A stretch of 64,000 nt of DNA from an uncultured Candidatus Saccharibacteria bacterium (GCA_964409035.1 CAYPBQ010000002.1:83267-147266); one strand, 5' to 3'; positions 1 through 10,522 are shown, counted from the stretch's first letter. A program made the numbers and translations. The notes: generated by a model from the letters alone, not told the origin.

Positions 1-916
1 GTGGGGTAACTGAACCAGACTTTGCGAGCACCTGACCTCGGTGTACATCTTCCTTTTTAGTACCTCGAAGAAGGATACCTGCGTTGTCTCCTGCCTGACC
101 CTCTTGTAGTTGCTTGTTGAACATTTCAACTCCAGTAACTGTAGTCTTAGCAGTAGGAGCCATACCAACAATTTCTACTTCTTCACCTACCTTAACTACA
201 CCTCGCTCAATACGGCCGGTAACTACTGTTCCGCGACCTTCAATTGAGAAGATGTCTTCAATTGGCATAAGGAATGGCTTTTCGATTTCTCGAACTGGCA
301 TTGGGAAGTATTCATCCATTGCCGTTACAAGCTCTACAACCTTTTCACTCCATGGACCCTTTGGATCCTCAAGCGCCTTAAGACCTGAACCCTTGATAAC
401 AGGGGTATTTTTACCGTCAAATCCGTTTGCATCGAGAAGCTCTCGGATTTCTTCCTCTACAAGCATTACCATTTCTTCATCATCCACCATGTCCACCTTG
501 TTGATGAATACGATGATCTTTGGCACACCTACTTGGCGCGCAAGAAGTACGTGCTCACGAGTTTGTGGCATCATACCGTCGGTTGCTGCTACTACGAGTA
601 CTGCGCCGTCCATCTGAGCGGCACCAGTAATCATGTTTTTGATGTAGTCGGCGTGACCTGGGGCATCAATGTGCGCATAGTGGCGGTTTTTGGTCCAGTA
701 CTCACTGTGCGATAGCGAAATAGTAATACCACGCGCCTTTTCTTCTGGCGCCTTATCAATATCATCTACTCCCTTTACGGTAGCTCCGTAGTCGCCTCCT
801 CGGGCGTTAAGGGTGTTGAGAATCGCAGCGGTAAGCGTAGTCTTGCCGTGGTCAACGTGACCAATGGTTCCTACGTTTATGTGCGGTCTCGAGCGATCAA
901 ACTCTGCTGCTGCCAT
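1..916 (-). CDS. tuf: Elongation factor Tu (3' part runs off the window)
   Basis: Manual translation from ATG at 916: [29 protein letters not shown]...EEKARGITI...DAPGHADY...NKVD; not in the ORF track because no stop falls inside the window. Confidence 0.98.
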   Translation of the reverse strand, partial: MAAAEFDRSRPHINVGTIGHVDHGKTTLTAAILNTLNARGGDYGATVKGVDDIDKAPEEKARGITISLSHSEYWTKNRHYAHIDAPGHADYIKNMITGAAQMDGAVLVVAATDGMMPQTREHVLLARQVGVPKIIVFINKVDMVDDEEMVMLVEEEIRELLDANGFDGKNTPVIKGSGLKALEDPKGPWSEKVVELVTAMDEYFPMPVREIEKPFLMPIEDIFSIEGRGTVVTGRIERGVVKVGEEVEIVGMAPTAKTTVTGVEMFNKQLQEGQAGDNAGILLRGTKKEDVHRGQVLAKSGSVTP

Positions 917-1082
917 ATAATTGTAGCTTAACACTGATAATAAAGGCTGTTTTCAGATGAAGGCGCGAGAACACCTCCTCGTCTAAAAACGGCACATACT
1001 GCGCAACGGCTGACCAAAGCATTAAGCACACAATTATTGTTAAGGTGCAAAGAAAACTAAGGCGCAACGTGCGGTACATCGG

Positions 1083-1111
1083 AGTATAGAGGGAGAAAGC
1101 TAATAGGTCAA
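1083..1111 (-). promoter_or_regulatory. sigma70-type promoter for tuf
   Basis: TTGACC-17 nt-TATACT on the - strand, about 160 nt upstream of the tuf ATG. Confidence 0.65.
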
Positions 1112-1229
1112 GCGGGGTTTGTTTATTACAACAAGCAAACCATGGCTTACTTGACTAATATTTATAATCGTGTTATATTTTATAAAGCAAAGAGGGAGGG
1201 GTCCCTACACACCAACCTAGGAGATCCCT

Positions 1230-1835
1230 ATGGAGTCGTACTCAGTTGTTCTCTTTTTTGTTGCCTTACTACTTGCCTGCTTATGGCTTGCAATTATGTG
1301 GGCAATTGAAAGAAATAAATCAACGGTACTAATGCAAAGGGTAAAAACTCTGGAAAAAGAGCTCACCTCCGATCCCCTTACCGGTTTACAAAACCGGAAG
1401 GGATTCGACAAGGTTGCTGAGCGCCATTTTCAGAGAGAGGCACGAGCTGAGGGCAGGTTGGCCGCTGCCTACTTTGACCTTGATCATTTTAAAGAGGTGA
1501 ACGACAAGATCGGCCACCAAGCAGGTGACCAAGTCTTGAGAATATTTGCAAAAATATTACAAGAGCTTTTCCGACCAGGCGATGCTATCGCGCGCCTTGG
1601 GGGGGACGAATTCGTGGTGGTAGCACCCCGCATGACCAAAGAAGTTCTAGAAGCTCGATGCAAATCCGCAAGGATATTGCTTGAGCAAGCTACAATGGAA
1701 GAATTTGGCATTGGTTGCTCTGCCACGATTGGTATGGCAAGCATTGCAGGAGAAAACTTGATGGGTGCATCTTTCGCTGACCTCATGAATGAGGTTGAGC
1801 GAGAGATGCGAAACAACAAGCAAGAAAGGAGTTGA
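1230..1835 (+). CDS. Membrane-anchored diguanylate cyclase (GGDEF)
   Basis: N-terminal TM helix, DPLTGLQNR, DLDHFKEVNDKIGHQAGD, RxxD I-site (RPGD) and intact GGDEF; GGAG SD upstream. Confidence 0.93.
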   Translation: MESYSVVLFFVALLLACLWLAIMWAIERNKSTVLMQRVKTLEKELTSDPLTGLQNRKGFDKVAERHFQREARAEGRLAAAYFDLDHFKEVNDKIGHQAGDQVLRIFAKILQELFRPGDAIARLGGDEFVVVAPRMTKEVLEARCKSARILLEQATMEEFGIGCSATIGMASIAGENLMGASFADLMNEVEREMRNNKQERS

Positions 1836-1838
1836 ACG

Positions 1839-1864
1839 AAGGCGGGCGCGCAAGCGCCCGCCTT
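1839..1864. terminator. GC-rich hairpin terminator after the GGDEF gene
   Basis: AAGGCGGGCGC-GCAA-GCGCCCGCCTT followed by T-rich bases. Confidence 0.75.
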
Positions 1865-1949
1865 TCTAATTACCACCCCTGCTATCACTTCCCTTACACG
1901 CAAATACACGCCTTGATGGCGTGTATTGCAATACTGTACCCTCTCTTTT

Positions 1950-2069
1950 TTATCCCAGAAGGAGATAAAACTGTGCGAACATCACCGTCGTGCTTGCAAA
2001 AAGTCCGGTCACAAAGACCGCAAACATTTTTTGATCAAGCTCGTAAAGCTCACCTAGTGCCTGTTTCAT
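1950..2069 (-). CDS. Small (39 aa) putative membrane protein
   Basis: MKQALGELYELDQKMFAVFVTGLFASTTVMFAQFYLLLG; hydrophobic C-terminal half; followed by a hairpin at 1900-1929. Confidence 0.5.
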   Translation of the reverse strand: MKQALGELYELDQKMFAVFVTGLFASTTVMFAQFYLLLG

Positions 2070-2191
2070 ATTGCTGATACAAAGCTACTAATAAGCAACA
2101 AAAAATGCGCCTCCTTAGCGCTGGTGTGTACCGCACAATCCCTTGTGCTTATAGAGTATACACCTACGCCATAGATATGCACGTAAAGTTA

Positions 2192-2233
2192 TACACACAA
2201 AAGCCCGCAACATATTGCGGGCTTTTGTGTGTA
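2192..2233 (-). terminator. Intrinsic terminator after fusA
   Basis: TACACACAAAAGCCCGCAA-CATA-TTGCGGGCTTTTGTGTGTA, 11 nt after the fusA stop. Confidence 0.85.
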
Positions 2234-2244
2234 ATTGGTATTGC

Positions 2245-4410
2245 TTATGCCTTTACCCCACCTCTCTTTTTGATGATATCCATAGCCACATTTGGTGGTA
2301 CTGGTTGGTATGAACTGAACTCCATCGTCCAGTTGCCACGTCCTTCGGTAAGGGATCGCAGCGTAGTAGTATATCCAAACATTTCTGAAAGGGGTACCTT
2401 TGCATGAATAGCCTGATTCATACCACGCGCTTCCATACCTTCAATTTGTCCACGCTTTGAAGCAAGATGTCCGTTTATATCACCCATGAATTGTTCTGGG
2501 ATAACCACCTCAACGTTCATGATTGGTTCAAGAATAATCGGCGCCGCCTTTCTTGTTGCTTCTTGGAATGCTTGTGACGCAGCAATTTTGAAAGCAATTT
2601 CTGATGAGTCAACATCATGGTATGAACCGTCGTACAAATCCACTGATACATCAACGACTTTGTATCCAGCTTGAATACCTCTATCCATTGCTTCTCTAAA
2701 GCCTTTTTCACATGCAGGAATATACTCTTGTGGAATCACTCCTCCCTTGATGCTGTTTATGAACTCAAAGTGTGCCTCACGCTTAACCGCCTTTGGAAGA
2801 TCTTTGATTTCTTCCTCTGACAATACTGTCATCGGCTTTACCTTTATCTTTACGTGACCATACTGACCACGACCACCAGTTTGCTTGATGTATTTGACTT
2901 CAGCATCTGCAGGATTCTGAATAGTTTCTCGGTAGGTAACCTGAGGCGCTCCAACATTAGCCTCAACGTTAAACTCACGCTTCATTCTGTCTACCAAAAT
3001 ATCTAGGTGAAGCTCACCCATACCTGAGATGATAGTCTCGCCGGTTTCTTCATCACTTGAAACTCTAAAGGTTGGATCTTCGTCTGAAAGGCGTCTAAGC
3101 GCAACTGAAAGCTTTTCTTGATCTTGCTTTGTTTTAGGTTCAATACGAAGCGATACCACTGGTTCAGGGAATTTTATTTCTTCAAGAATAATTGGGCGGT
3201 TTTCATCACAGAGTGTGTCTGAGGTTTTTGTATCTTTAAGACCCACGGTTGCCGCAATGTCGCCCGCGCGAACTTCTTGCACGTCTTCTCGCTTGTCTGC
3301 CATAAGACGAACCATACGAGAAAGGCGCTCTCTCTGACCAGTACGTGAGTTAAGCACGTATGATCCTGCTTGCATGGTTCCTGAGTATACTCGGAAGAAT
3401 GTGAGCGCACCCACATATGGATCAGTCTGGATTTTAAATGCAAGTGCTGCAAACGGTTCATCATCTGATGAGTTTCGTGGCTCGCTCTCGCCAGTCTTTG
3501 GACTTATACCAATCATTGCAGGAACTTCAAGTGGTGATGGGAGATAGTCAACAACACCGTCAAGAACTAGCTGTACACCCTTATTCTTTAGCGCAGATCC
3601 AGTAAATACAGGGAAAATCTTATTTGCGATAACGGCCTTTCTTAGCGTTTTCTTTATGTCCTCATTAGAAGGTTCTACCCCATCGAGGTACGCGGTCATA
3701 AGCGCATCATCATGCTCTACTACCTTTTCAATAAGCTCCGCTCTGTAGGCTGCTGCCATTTCTTTAAGCTCTTCAGGTATCTCGTGCTCCGTAACCTCCA
3801 TACCCATATTGCCCTCAAAGGTGTATGCCTTCATCTTGATAAGGTCTACGACACCAACATGATGCTCTTCTTCGCCCCATGGGATTTGTACTCGCACCGC
3901 ATTTGGTGAAAGACGCTTTAGAATGCTATCAAATGATCGTTCAAAGCTTGCGCCCGTTCTGTCCAGCTTGTTAATGAAACAAATTCTTGGCACGTGTGCA
4001 TCTTCTGCGTAACGCCAGTTTGTTTCTGATTGTGGTTCTACTCCTGCTACTCCATCAAATACTACAATCGCGCCGTCGAGCACGCGCATAGAGCGCTGTA
4101 CCTCAGCGGTAAAGTCGATGTGACCCGGAGTATCAATAATGTTAAACGCGGTTCTTGATGCCTTGTCTTCCTTATTTGGAACATCAGTTTTAACCCATGA
4201 GCATGAGATAGCAGCAGCAGTGATGGTAATACCACGCTCTCGCTCTTGTTCCATCCAGTCAGTTACAGTAGCACCTTCATGCACTTCTCCGATTTTGTGA
4301 CTTTCGCCAGTATAAAAAAGTATGCGCTCAGAAGTTGTTGTTTTTCCTGCGTCAATATGGGCAATAATGCCAAAATTACGTAGTTTATCTAATGGATACT
4401 GCCTTGCCAT
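2245..4410 (-). CDS. fusA: Elongation factor G
   Basis: [31 protein letters not shown] motifs; follows rpsG. Confidence 0.99.
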   Translation of the reverse strand: MARQYPLDKLRNFGIIAHIDAGKTTTSERILFYTGESHKIGEVHEGATVTDWMEQERERGITITAAAISCSWVKTDVPNKEDKASRTAFNIIDTPGHIDFTAEVQRSMRVLDGAIVVFDGVAGVEPQSETNWRYAEDAHVPRICFINKLDRTGASFERSFDSILKRLSPNAVRVQIPWGEEEHHVGVVDLIKMKAYTFEGNMGMEVTEHEIPEELKEMAAAYRAELIEKVVEHDDALMTAYLDGVEPSNEDIKKTLRKAVIANKIFPVFTGSALKNKGVQLVLDGVVDYLPSPLEVPAMIGISPKTGESEPRNSSDDEPFAALAFKIQTDPYVGALTFFRVYSGTMQAGSYVLNSRTGQRERLSRMVRLMADKREDVQEVRAGDIAATVGLKDTKTSDTLCDENRPIILEEIKFPEPVVSLRIEPKTKQDQEKLSVALRRLSDEDPTFRVSSDEETGETIISGMGELHLDILVDRMKREFNVEANVGAPQVTYRETIQNPADAEVKYIKQTGGRGQYGHVKIKVKPMTVLSEEEIKDLPKAVKREAHFEFINSIKGGVIPQEYIPACEKGFREAMDRGIQAGYKVVDVSVDLYDGSYHDVDSSEIAFKIAASQAFQEATRKAAPIILEPIMNVEVVIPEQFMGDINGHLASKRGQIEGMEARGMNQAIHAKVPLSEMFGYTTTLRSLTEGRGNWTMEFSSYQPVPPNVAMDIIKKRGGVKA

Positions 4411-4468
4411 ATATTGACTATGCTAAACAATAAAACTACCAATAATACCTCTTCCCTTAGAGACTATA

Positions 4469-4936
4469 CTACCACGCAAAGTGAGCAAATGCGCGGTTAG
4501 CCTCTGCCATCTTATGCACGTCCTCCTTCTTCTTTACTGCAGCGCCTTCATTGTTTGCTGCGGCAACAAGCTCTTTAGCAAGAGATTTGTAGCTTTCACC
4601 TGCGCCACGACTTGAACGAGCTGAGTCTTTAAGCCAACGCATTGCGAGCGCAAGACGTCTTTCAGGACGAACTTCACGTGGTACCTGATAGTTAGCACCT
4701 CCCACTCGTCGAGATCGAACTTCAACCATAGGACCCACGTTTTTAAGGGCGGTCTCAAATACTTCGAGAGGATTCTTGCCATCCTTTTCAATGTGATCAA
4801 ACGCTTGATAGAGAAGCTTTCTTGCGGTCTCCTTTTTACCATCGAGCATGAGGTAATTAATGAAACGACCAACTTTTTCGTTGTTGAAACGAAAATCAGG
4901 TCGTGGAGTGATTCTGTTTTTTACTGGTCGTCGCAT
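4469..4936 (-). CDS. rpsG: 30S ribosomal protein S7
   Basis: [29 protein letters not shown]. Confidence 0.99.
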   Translation of the reverse strand: MRRPVKNRITPRPDFRFNNEKVGRFINYLMLDGKKETARKLLYQAFDHIEKDGKNPLEVFETALKNVGPMVEVRSRRVGGANYQVPREVRPERRLALAMRWLKDSARSSRGAGESYKSLAKELVAAANNEGAAVKKKEDVHKMAEANRAFAHFAW

Positions 4937-4968
4937 GATTGTCTATACAATTAATTGTTTCTACTTTG

Positions 4969-5379
4969 TTATGCCTTTGGCTTCTTTGCGCCATACATTG
5001 AGCGACCCTTTCGGCGCTTCTCAACTCCTGCTGCGTCAAGCTTACCTCGCACAATGGTGTATCGGATTCCTACGTCTTTTACTCGACCGCCACGCACAAG
5101 CACGACAGAGTGTTCTTGCAGATTGTGACCTTCACCAGGAATGTATGCAGTAATTTCGTATCCATTAGAGAGACGTACGCGGGCAATCTTTCTGATAGCA
5201 GAGTTAGGCTTTCTTGGTGTCTTTGTAGTCACCTTAGTACATACCCCGCGCTTGAATGGAGATGGGTATGATGAAGGCTTGTTTTTAAGCGTGTTAAAAC
5301 CACGCCCAAGAGCCACGGTCTTAGCCTTTTGTATTCTGTCTTTTCTTCCCTTGCGGACTAATTGATTGATTGTTGGCAT
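4969..5379 (-). CDS. rpsL: 30S ribosomal protein S12
   Basis: [33 protein letters not shown]. Confidence 0.99.
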   Translation of the reverse strand: MPTINQLVRKGRKDRIQKAKTVALGRGFNTLKNKPSSYPSPFKRGVCTKVTTKTPRKPNSAIRKIARVRLSNGYEITAYIPGEGHNLQEHSVVLVRGGRVKDVGIRYTIVRGKLDAAGVEKRRKGRSMYGAKKPKA

Positions 5380-5503
5380 GAAATGCTCGATCTCTCTATA
5401 CGAGTGAACGTGGCGATACTGTACTATCTTAAGTCAAAAAAGGCAAGTGGGTAGTCGGTGATATGTATGGTAAAGGCCGGAACTGTTCGTTCCGGCCGGT
5501 CCC

Positions 5504-5731
5504 TTACTGGGGCTTTATCCTTTTTCTCCTATGAATAGATTGCGGTTCTTCCTCATTTTTGTCAGGAGTCCTATGCAAACCAAATTTTCTTTTTGACATA
5601 CCTGATCTCTTCTCTATCTCCCGTGATGCGATTTGATGTAAATACCTTGATTTTTCAAGGTTGGAAAATTCTGGAGGCGGCTCAATCACTGGTGACGGCC
5701 CTCTACTTGAGAAGGGTTTTTTCTTTTTCAC
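5504..5731 (-). CDS. Small basic hypothetical protein (75 aa, GTG start)
   Basis: AGAGG SD before GTG at 5731; TTGCCA...TAGTAT promoter-like sequence upstream; GC hairpin at about 5475-5497 downstream. Confidence 0.5.
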   Translation of the reverse strand: MKKKKPFSSRGPSPVIEPPPEFSNLEKSRYLHQIASREIEKRSGMSKRKFGLHRTPDKNEEEPQSIHRRKRIKPQ

Positions 5732-5789
5732 TGCGTTTCCTCTTTTTTTGGCTATCACGACAATACTACAGAGAATGCATTTGGCAAAT

Positions 5790-6431
5790 CTACATTGATG
5801 TACCCGTAAGTAGTGTGAACACCATTCCAAGAAATGCGCTGAAAAATGGCCACAGAAGTGTGATGAAGATAAATAAAAATAGTATAGCGCCGAGTATGCC
5901 GTAGCGGTACATAAACTCCTCAAATGCCCTAAACTTAATCATGAGTCGAATAGGTAGTAATGACTTTAGGATTTTAGACCCATCAAGTGGTGGCACCGGT
6001 ACCATATTAAATAGCGCCAAGAGAAGATTGAGATACACCACAAAGGCAATAAGCGGAAGTGATGCTTCAGGAAGCGCGAGGGTGTCACTGAATCGAATCA
6101 TCATTGCAAACACCACCGCTATGACCACGTTTACAAATGGCCCAGCACCTGCAACGAGCGCCTCGCCCCAACGCTTGTTTCGTAAATTATGAGGGTTGTA
6201 AGGGACAGGCTTTGCCCACCCAAACAATAGGTTAGCACCAGAGAGGAGCAAGATGCCTGGAATGATAACTGATCCCATTGGGTCGATGTGAGCAAATGGA
6301 TTTATGGTGAGTCTCCCCTCTAGTCGTGCGGTAGGGTCCCCTAGCCAGTTAGCAGCAAAGCCGTGTGCCGCCTCATGAACAACAATAGAGAGAACAAGAA
6401 CGATGATAAAAAATATGCTTTCAATGCCCAT
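5790..6431 (-). CDS. Site-2 protease family (M50) intramembrane metalloprotease
   Basis: HEAAH zinc motif, GDPT...GRLT.NP..H.D..G, AGP, FNMVPVPPLDG. Confidence 0.95.
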   Translation of the reverse strand: MGIESIFFIIVLVLSIVVHEAAHGFAANWLGDPTARLEGRLTINPFAHIDPMGSVIIPGILLLSGANLLFGWAKPVPYNPHNLRNKRWGEALVAGAGPFVNVVIAVVFAMMIRFSDTLALPEASLPLIAFVVYLNLLLALFNMVPVPPLDGSKILKSLLPIRLMIKFRAFEEFMYRYGILGAILFLFIFITLLWPFFSAFLGMVFTLLTGTSM

Positions 6432-6562
6432 AATATCGGTTATAGAATCGTAATGATGACAATGAAGTGATAGTAGCACATACCCATATATATTGTCGCA
6501 TTATCACCACTCTCCACACCCCCACTTGCATGATTTGTATTGTGTTGTAGTATAGCCACACC

Positions 6563-6808
6563 ATGACTAGGGAATGTCCAATCACTGGAAAATCAACAAA
6601 AATGGCTAACCGCCTATCAAATCGCATTCGCGCGACTAAGTTTAATCCTTGTGGAAAGGTGCGAAGGAAGGCGAATATGCAAAAGCGACGCATTTTTGTA
6701 CCTGAACTAAACACCACCCTTACTGTTGACCTATCAACAAAGGGTCTCAAAACATTGAATAAAAACGGTGCCTACAAAACACTAAAGAAAGCTGGAGTTA
6801 TTGCGTAG
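6563..6808 (+). CDS. rpmB: 50S ribosomal protein L28
   Basis: MTRECPITGK...RRKANMQKRR...LSTKGLKT resembles L28. Confidence 0.88.
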   Translation: MTRECPITGKSTKMANRLSNRIRATKFNPCGKVRRKANMQKRRIFVPELNTTLTVDLSTKGLKTLNKNGAYKTLKKAGVIA

Positions 6809-6815
6809 ACACTAC

Positions 6816-7667
6816 CTAGTTGGTGGCAAATACTGTTGTGCCGTCACTCTGAAAGGAAACCATACCCGAAAGGGTATCTTTCTTTTGTATGCCAAATGCT
6901 GCAATTTTTTCTAGCACTTCTTCGTGTGGGTGACCGTACCTATTGTCTTTCCCTGCAGATATAATTGCATAGTCTGGACTAACAAAACCTAAAAATAATT
7001 CACTTGTTGATGTGCGGGAACCGTGGTGTCCAAGCTTGAGTACATCACTTTCTAACTTCTTTCCGTCGAGCATTACTAAATATTCTTCTATTTCATCTGG
7101 TGAGTCGCCGGTAAACATAAACGCGGTTTTTCCATATCGAATTTGTAACACAAGTGATGCGGTATTTGTTTCAATATCATCAAGTTCTCTATCGGGAAAC
7201 AACACTGTGGCATGTACGCCCGCTCCCAGATCAAGACCAGAACCACGTAGCGGTGTTTTGATGGAGACCCCTCTCTCTTTAGCAATACCAATGAGTCGTT
7301 CATCAACATCAGTATCATTACCTGGAAATGACACGAGTAACATGCCAACACTGTATCGCTTCATCACCTCTATAAGTCCTCCGATGTGATCAAAATCAGG
7401 GTGCGTGGCAACAACAACGTCAATACTTCTGTCATAAAATGGCATTACTCTTGATAACTCACGCAACACCGCACCATTTGACCCACCATCTATAAGCATT
7501 TGTACGCCGGTTGGTGATTCGATAAATGATGCATCACCTTGTCCTACAGACAAAAAATGAACTTGCATGAAATGATTACTATCCTCACGTACGACATACA
7601 CCCAAATGCATATAGTCCCCATAATGAGGACCATAAGGAGTAGCGGGATATATGCGTGTTTCTTCAT
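6816..7667 (-). CDS. ComEC/Rec2-type metallo-beta-lactamase-fold nuclease (stand-alone)
   Basis: VGQGD, LIDGG, THPDFDHIGG, FTGD, LKLGHHGS, ISAGKDNRYGHPH; N-terminal TM. Confidence 0.93.
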   Translation of the reverse strand: MKKHAYIPLLLMVLIMGTICIWVYVVREDSNHFMQVHFLSVGQGDASFIESPTGVQMLIDGGSNGAVLRELSRVMPFYDRSIDVVVATHPDFDHIGGLIEVMKRYSVGMLLVSFPGNDTDVDERLIGIAKERGVSIKTPLRGSGLDLGAGVHATVLFPDRELDDIETNTASLVLQIRYGKTAFMFTGDSPDEIEEYLVMLDGKKLESDVLKLGHHGSRTSTSELFLGFVSPDYAIISAGKDNRYGHPHEEVLEKIAAFGIQKKDTLSGMVSFQSDGTTVFATN

Positions 7668-7670
7668 GAA

Positions 7671-7874
7671 TTAAATACACCCACGCGCACTCATGCGGAT
7701 TCTGTCTAGATACGAGAGAGCATATTCACCATCTTGGGTGATGTACGGCTTAAGGAGTGTAGCGCAATACTCTTTTTTTGCACCAGCACATTCAACACAC
7801 GGCTCGCGATTGAGGTACATAAATGCACCAACCATTACTAACCCTATGGTAAGAATGAGAATTATGAATTGCAT
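7671..7874 (-). CDS. Small membrane-anchored Cys-containing hypothetical protein
   Basis: N-terminal hydrophobic helix, CxxC and two more Cys; abuts the MBL gene. Confidence 0.55.
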   Translation of the reverse strand: MQFIILILTIGLVMVGAFMYLNREPCVECAGAKKEYCATLLKPYITQDGEYALSYLDRIRMSARGCI

Positions 7875-7984
7875 ATACGTTATGGTAAGTCGCATTACCA
7901 ATGGTGTCTAGCTACTATTCCACAACTAAAGAACGGTTCATACTAGGTATTGACAAGCGCTTGTAATTAGAGCACTATGAATAT

Positions 7985-8068
7985 GCCTCCCTTACAACGA
8001 TTTAGCACTCAGGTGGTGCAAGCCGACATTCTCTCAAGCTCTCGAGCAAGAATGTCGGCATTTTTTTT
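7985..8068 (+). ncRNA. Candidate small RNA (own promoter and terminator)
   Basis: TTGACA(7950)-17-CACTAT promoter, about 85 nt, ends in GCCGACATTCT...AGAATGTCGGC hairpin plus ATTTTTTTT. Confidence 0.4.
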
Positions 8069-8103
8069 GATACATTTTTATACTTTTGCGATACACTATA
8101 GTC

Positions 8104-8691
8104 ATGCAACCATATACACCAATCGAATATACCTTGCCTGAAGTATCGGGTATCTCTCAAAAGCAATTATCTGAACACCTTACCCTCTACAAGGGGTACG
8201 TTACTCATGTAAACAAATTATACGAAGAAATGGGAGCGCTCGCCTCTGCGGGTGGTCATGATCATGAAATTTCTGAGCTTAGGCGCAGACTGGGCTTTGA
8301 GTTTTGTGGTATGCGCCTCCACGAATACTACTTTGGTGACTTGGTAGGGGGGAGCAAACCACTTCCACAAAACTCACCGCTACATGAAGCACTCATCAAG
8401 CAATACGGATCATTTGAAGCGTGTATTACAGAAATAAAAAATACAATCACAAGAGGTACTGGATGGATAATTCTTAATTATGATCCTATCTATGGACGTT
8501 TTCACACCAACTGGGTAGACGAACATCACATAGGACACCTCGCGACACTACCTGTGGTTATTGCAATAGATATGTGGGAGCACGCCTATATGGTTGATTA
8601 TCTTCCTGGTGAGAAAAAAACATACCTAGAAAATTATCTTCACGCGATAAACTTTGAAACAGTAGCATCACGTTTTTCTTTGCCCGCATAG
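8104..8691 (+). CDS. Fe/Mn superoxide dismutase family protein
   Basis: HLTLYKGYV, RLHEYYF, GTGW, IDMWEHAY. Confidence 0.9.
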   Translation: MQPYTPIEYTLPEVSGISQKQLSEHLTLYKGYVTHVNKLYEEMGALASAGGHDHEISELRRRLGFEFCGMRLHEYYFGDLVGGSKPLPQNSPLHEALIKQYGSFEACITEIKNTITRGTGWIILNYDPIYGRFHTNWVDEHHIGHLATLPVVIAIDMWEHAYMVDYLPGEKKTYLENYLHAINFETVASRFSLPA

Positions 8692-10103
8692 CGATACGCA
8701 CCATACAGCACGGCATACATAAACACGACAACCCAGTAAGAAAATTGGGGTATGTGTAGTGTTATAAATGGTAAGTTAGATAGCCAAGTAGTGACTCCTA
8801 GTTGGTACGAAAGCACCAAGCTGGTCACCGCGCCCGGCACCACCGCTACTAGACTTATTGGATATGCCAACAGTCCAACCACACCAGTTATAAAGCCAAG
8901 TGCCATCGCGAATGGCACAACCAAAAGTACGGCAATGTTAGAAATCGGAGCAATGAGTGACATAGTGCCCGAAAACCATAAAAGATGAGGGAGTACAAAT
9001 AGTTGCGTAGCAAACGTGGTTGCCAATATCTCACGGATACTAAACAAGTGTGTCATACGTCCGAATATACTTTGCATGATGGGAGTAAAATAAATAATTC
9101 CTAGTGTTGCTAAAAACGACAATTGAAATGAGGGGTCGAAGGCAAGAATGAGCGGATGAAAAAACACCATAATTCCTCCAGCAACAAGAAGTGCTCGGGT
9201 AATATTGTAGTTTCTCCCCACCACCCTTGAAAGGAGAACAATGACCGCCATTATTGAGGCGCGAATAATAGTTGCTGAGCCACCCGTAAGTATTGCGAAA
9301 AGAACTATACTAATACCTCCAACAAACGCACCGATGCTAGTAGGTAAAAATCCAAGCGCACGAAGTAACCAGTCAGCTATTATGCTTACGTTATATCCAG
9401 AGAGAACCACAATATGGATAAGTCCCGTATCACGAAAACGATGCAACAACTCTTCACCCATGGATTCTTTTGCCCCAAGAAGTAATCCTCCGAGTAGTGA
9501 CATTTGTGGTTCGGGGATAACATTTTGAAGTGAATCTAAAAAACGTTCTTTGTTTGAAAACAAAAATTCTTTTACAACATTTCCCTGCCCATGACCAACT
9601 ACAGATACTCTAGGGAAGGTCATGATAGCGGTAATACTATCCTTAAGTAGCCATGCCTCGTATGCAAATTCTCTCCCCTCATCTGTTGTGAATGTTGTGG
9701 GGCGTTCAATAACCCCATCAAGGGATACTCGATCGCCATATGAAAGATCGTGACTTAGTGGCAACGTGACACGAATACGTGTCGTATCCGTTGATACCAC
9801 AACATGCTGATTTTTCTCTCGTATATCAGGTTCATCCACTATTATTCCTTCAATCACGGCGTGTCCATATATGGGACGAGTGGCTTCAATTGCATCAATA
9901 TGAAGATCGGTACGCAACACCCCAATACTTGCTGCTAGTAAAAAAATTGCCACCACTGTCCCCTTGGTGCGTAAGGTGAGTACTGAAACAAATGAAAGCA
10001 ACCAAAGAAACACCACGCCTGAAATGCCAAAATCAAAAAAAGATCGCCACAGGACACCGAGTCCTGTGGCGATCACCATGAGTTCAATAAGATATCTTCT
10101 CAT
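8640..10103 (-). CDS. comEC: ComEC competence membrane channel (OB + Competence domains, no MBL domain)
   Basis: LLGGLLLG, TGLIHIVVLSGYN, RASIMA, SFQLSFLAT; many TM helices. Confidence 0.93.
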   Translation of the reverse strand: MRRYLIELMVIATGLGVLWRSFFDFGISGVVFLWLLSFVSVLTLRTKGTVVAIFLLAASIGVLRTDLHIDAIEATRPIYGHAVIEGIIVDEPDIREKNQHVVVSTDTTRIRVTLPLSHDLSYGDRVSLDGVIERPTTFTTDEGREFAYEAWLLKDSITAIMTFPRVSVVGHGQGNVVKEFLFSNKERFLDSLQNVIPEPQMSLLGGLLLGAKESMGEELLHRFRDTGLIHIVVLSGYNVSIIADWLLRALGFLPTSIGAFVGGISIVLFAILTGGSATIIRASIMAVIVLLSRVVGRNYNITRALLVAGGIMVFFHPLILAFDPSFQLSFLATLGIIYFTPIMQSIFGRMTHLFSIREILATTFATQLFVLPHLLWFSGTMSLIAPISNIAVLLVVPFAMALGFITGVVGLLAYPISLVAVVPGAVTSLVLSYQLGVTTWLSNLPFITLHIPQFSYWVVVFMYAVLYGAYRYAGKEKRDATVSKFIA

Positions 10104-10465
10104 GTTTTTAGTTTTCTTATCACATCAATGATGAGTGTTACAAACAACAACAAACCCAAGAACAGAGACGGTATACCTAGCAATGGTGATCTGGTTAGCA
10201 GTTCTGATAGTCCAAACGGAAATAAAATAATCGCCCCGTAAAATTGACACGCGTTTATGAATTCGGATTGCTCGATGGTGATACTTTTTTCGGCAATCAC
10301 TTCTTTTGCTGATAACTGAGGATATAAGTACAAGGAAATATATTTTAAGATGGTCAATGGGATTATGCCCACCAACATCTTCCAGCTACCAAACACAAAC
10401 GAGTATGTAATTCCAATTAATTGCAAAAATACTCCATAAAAAACTAGTCGCATTGCCATCTCCAT
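10100..10465 (-). CDS. Hypothetical membrane protein (about 4 TM)
   Basis: Hydrophobic ORF with GGAGGGG SD; stop overlaps the comEC start. Confidence 0.65.
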   Translation of the reverse strand: MEMAMRLVFYGVFLQLIGITYSFVFGSWKMLVGIIPLTILKYISLYLYPQLSAKEVIAEKSITIEQSEFINACQFYGAIILFPFGLSELLTRSPLLGIPSLFLGLLLFVTLIIDVIRKLKT

Positions 10466-10522
10466 CCCCCTCCAATAGACGACCTGACAAAAAAGATACT
10501 CTTTATAATAAAATTGGCAAGA

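Noticed and set aside
114-715. + strand ORFs of 167 and 60 aa
   Set aside because: Antisense shadows of tuf; the same applies to the many short ORFs overlapping fusA, pilB, pnp, cca and other long genes.
8002-8020. TTAGCACTC, a CIRCE half-site
   Set aside because: The second half (GAGTGCTAA at 9-nt spacing) is missing and no chaperone gene follows.
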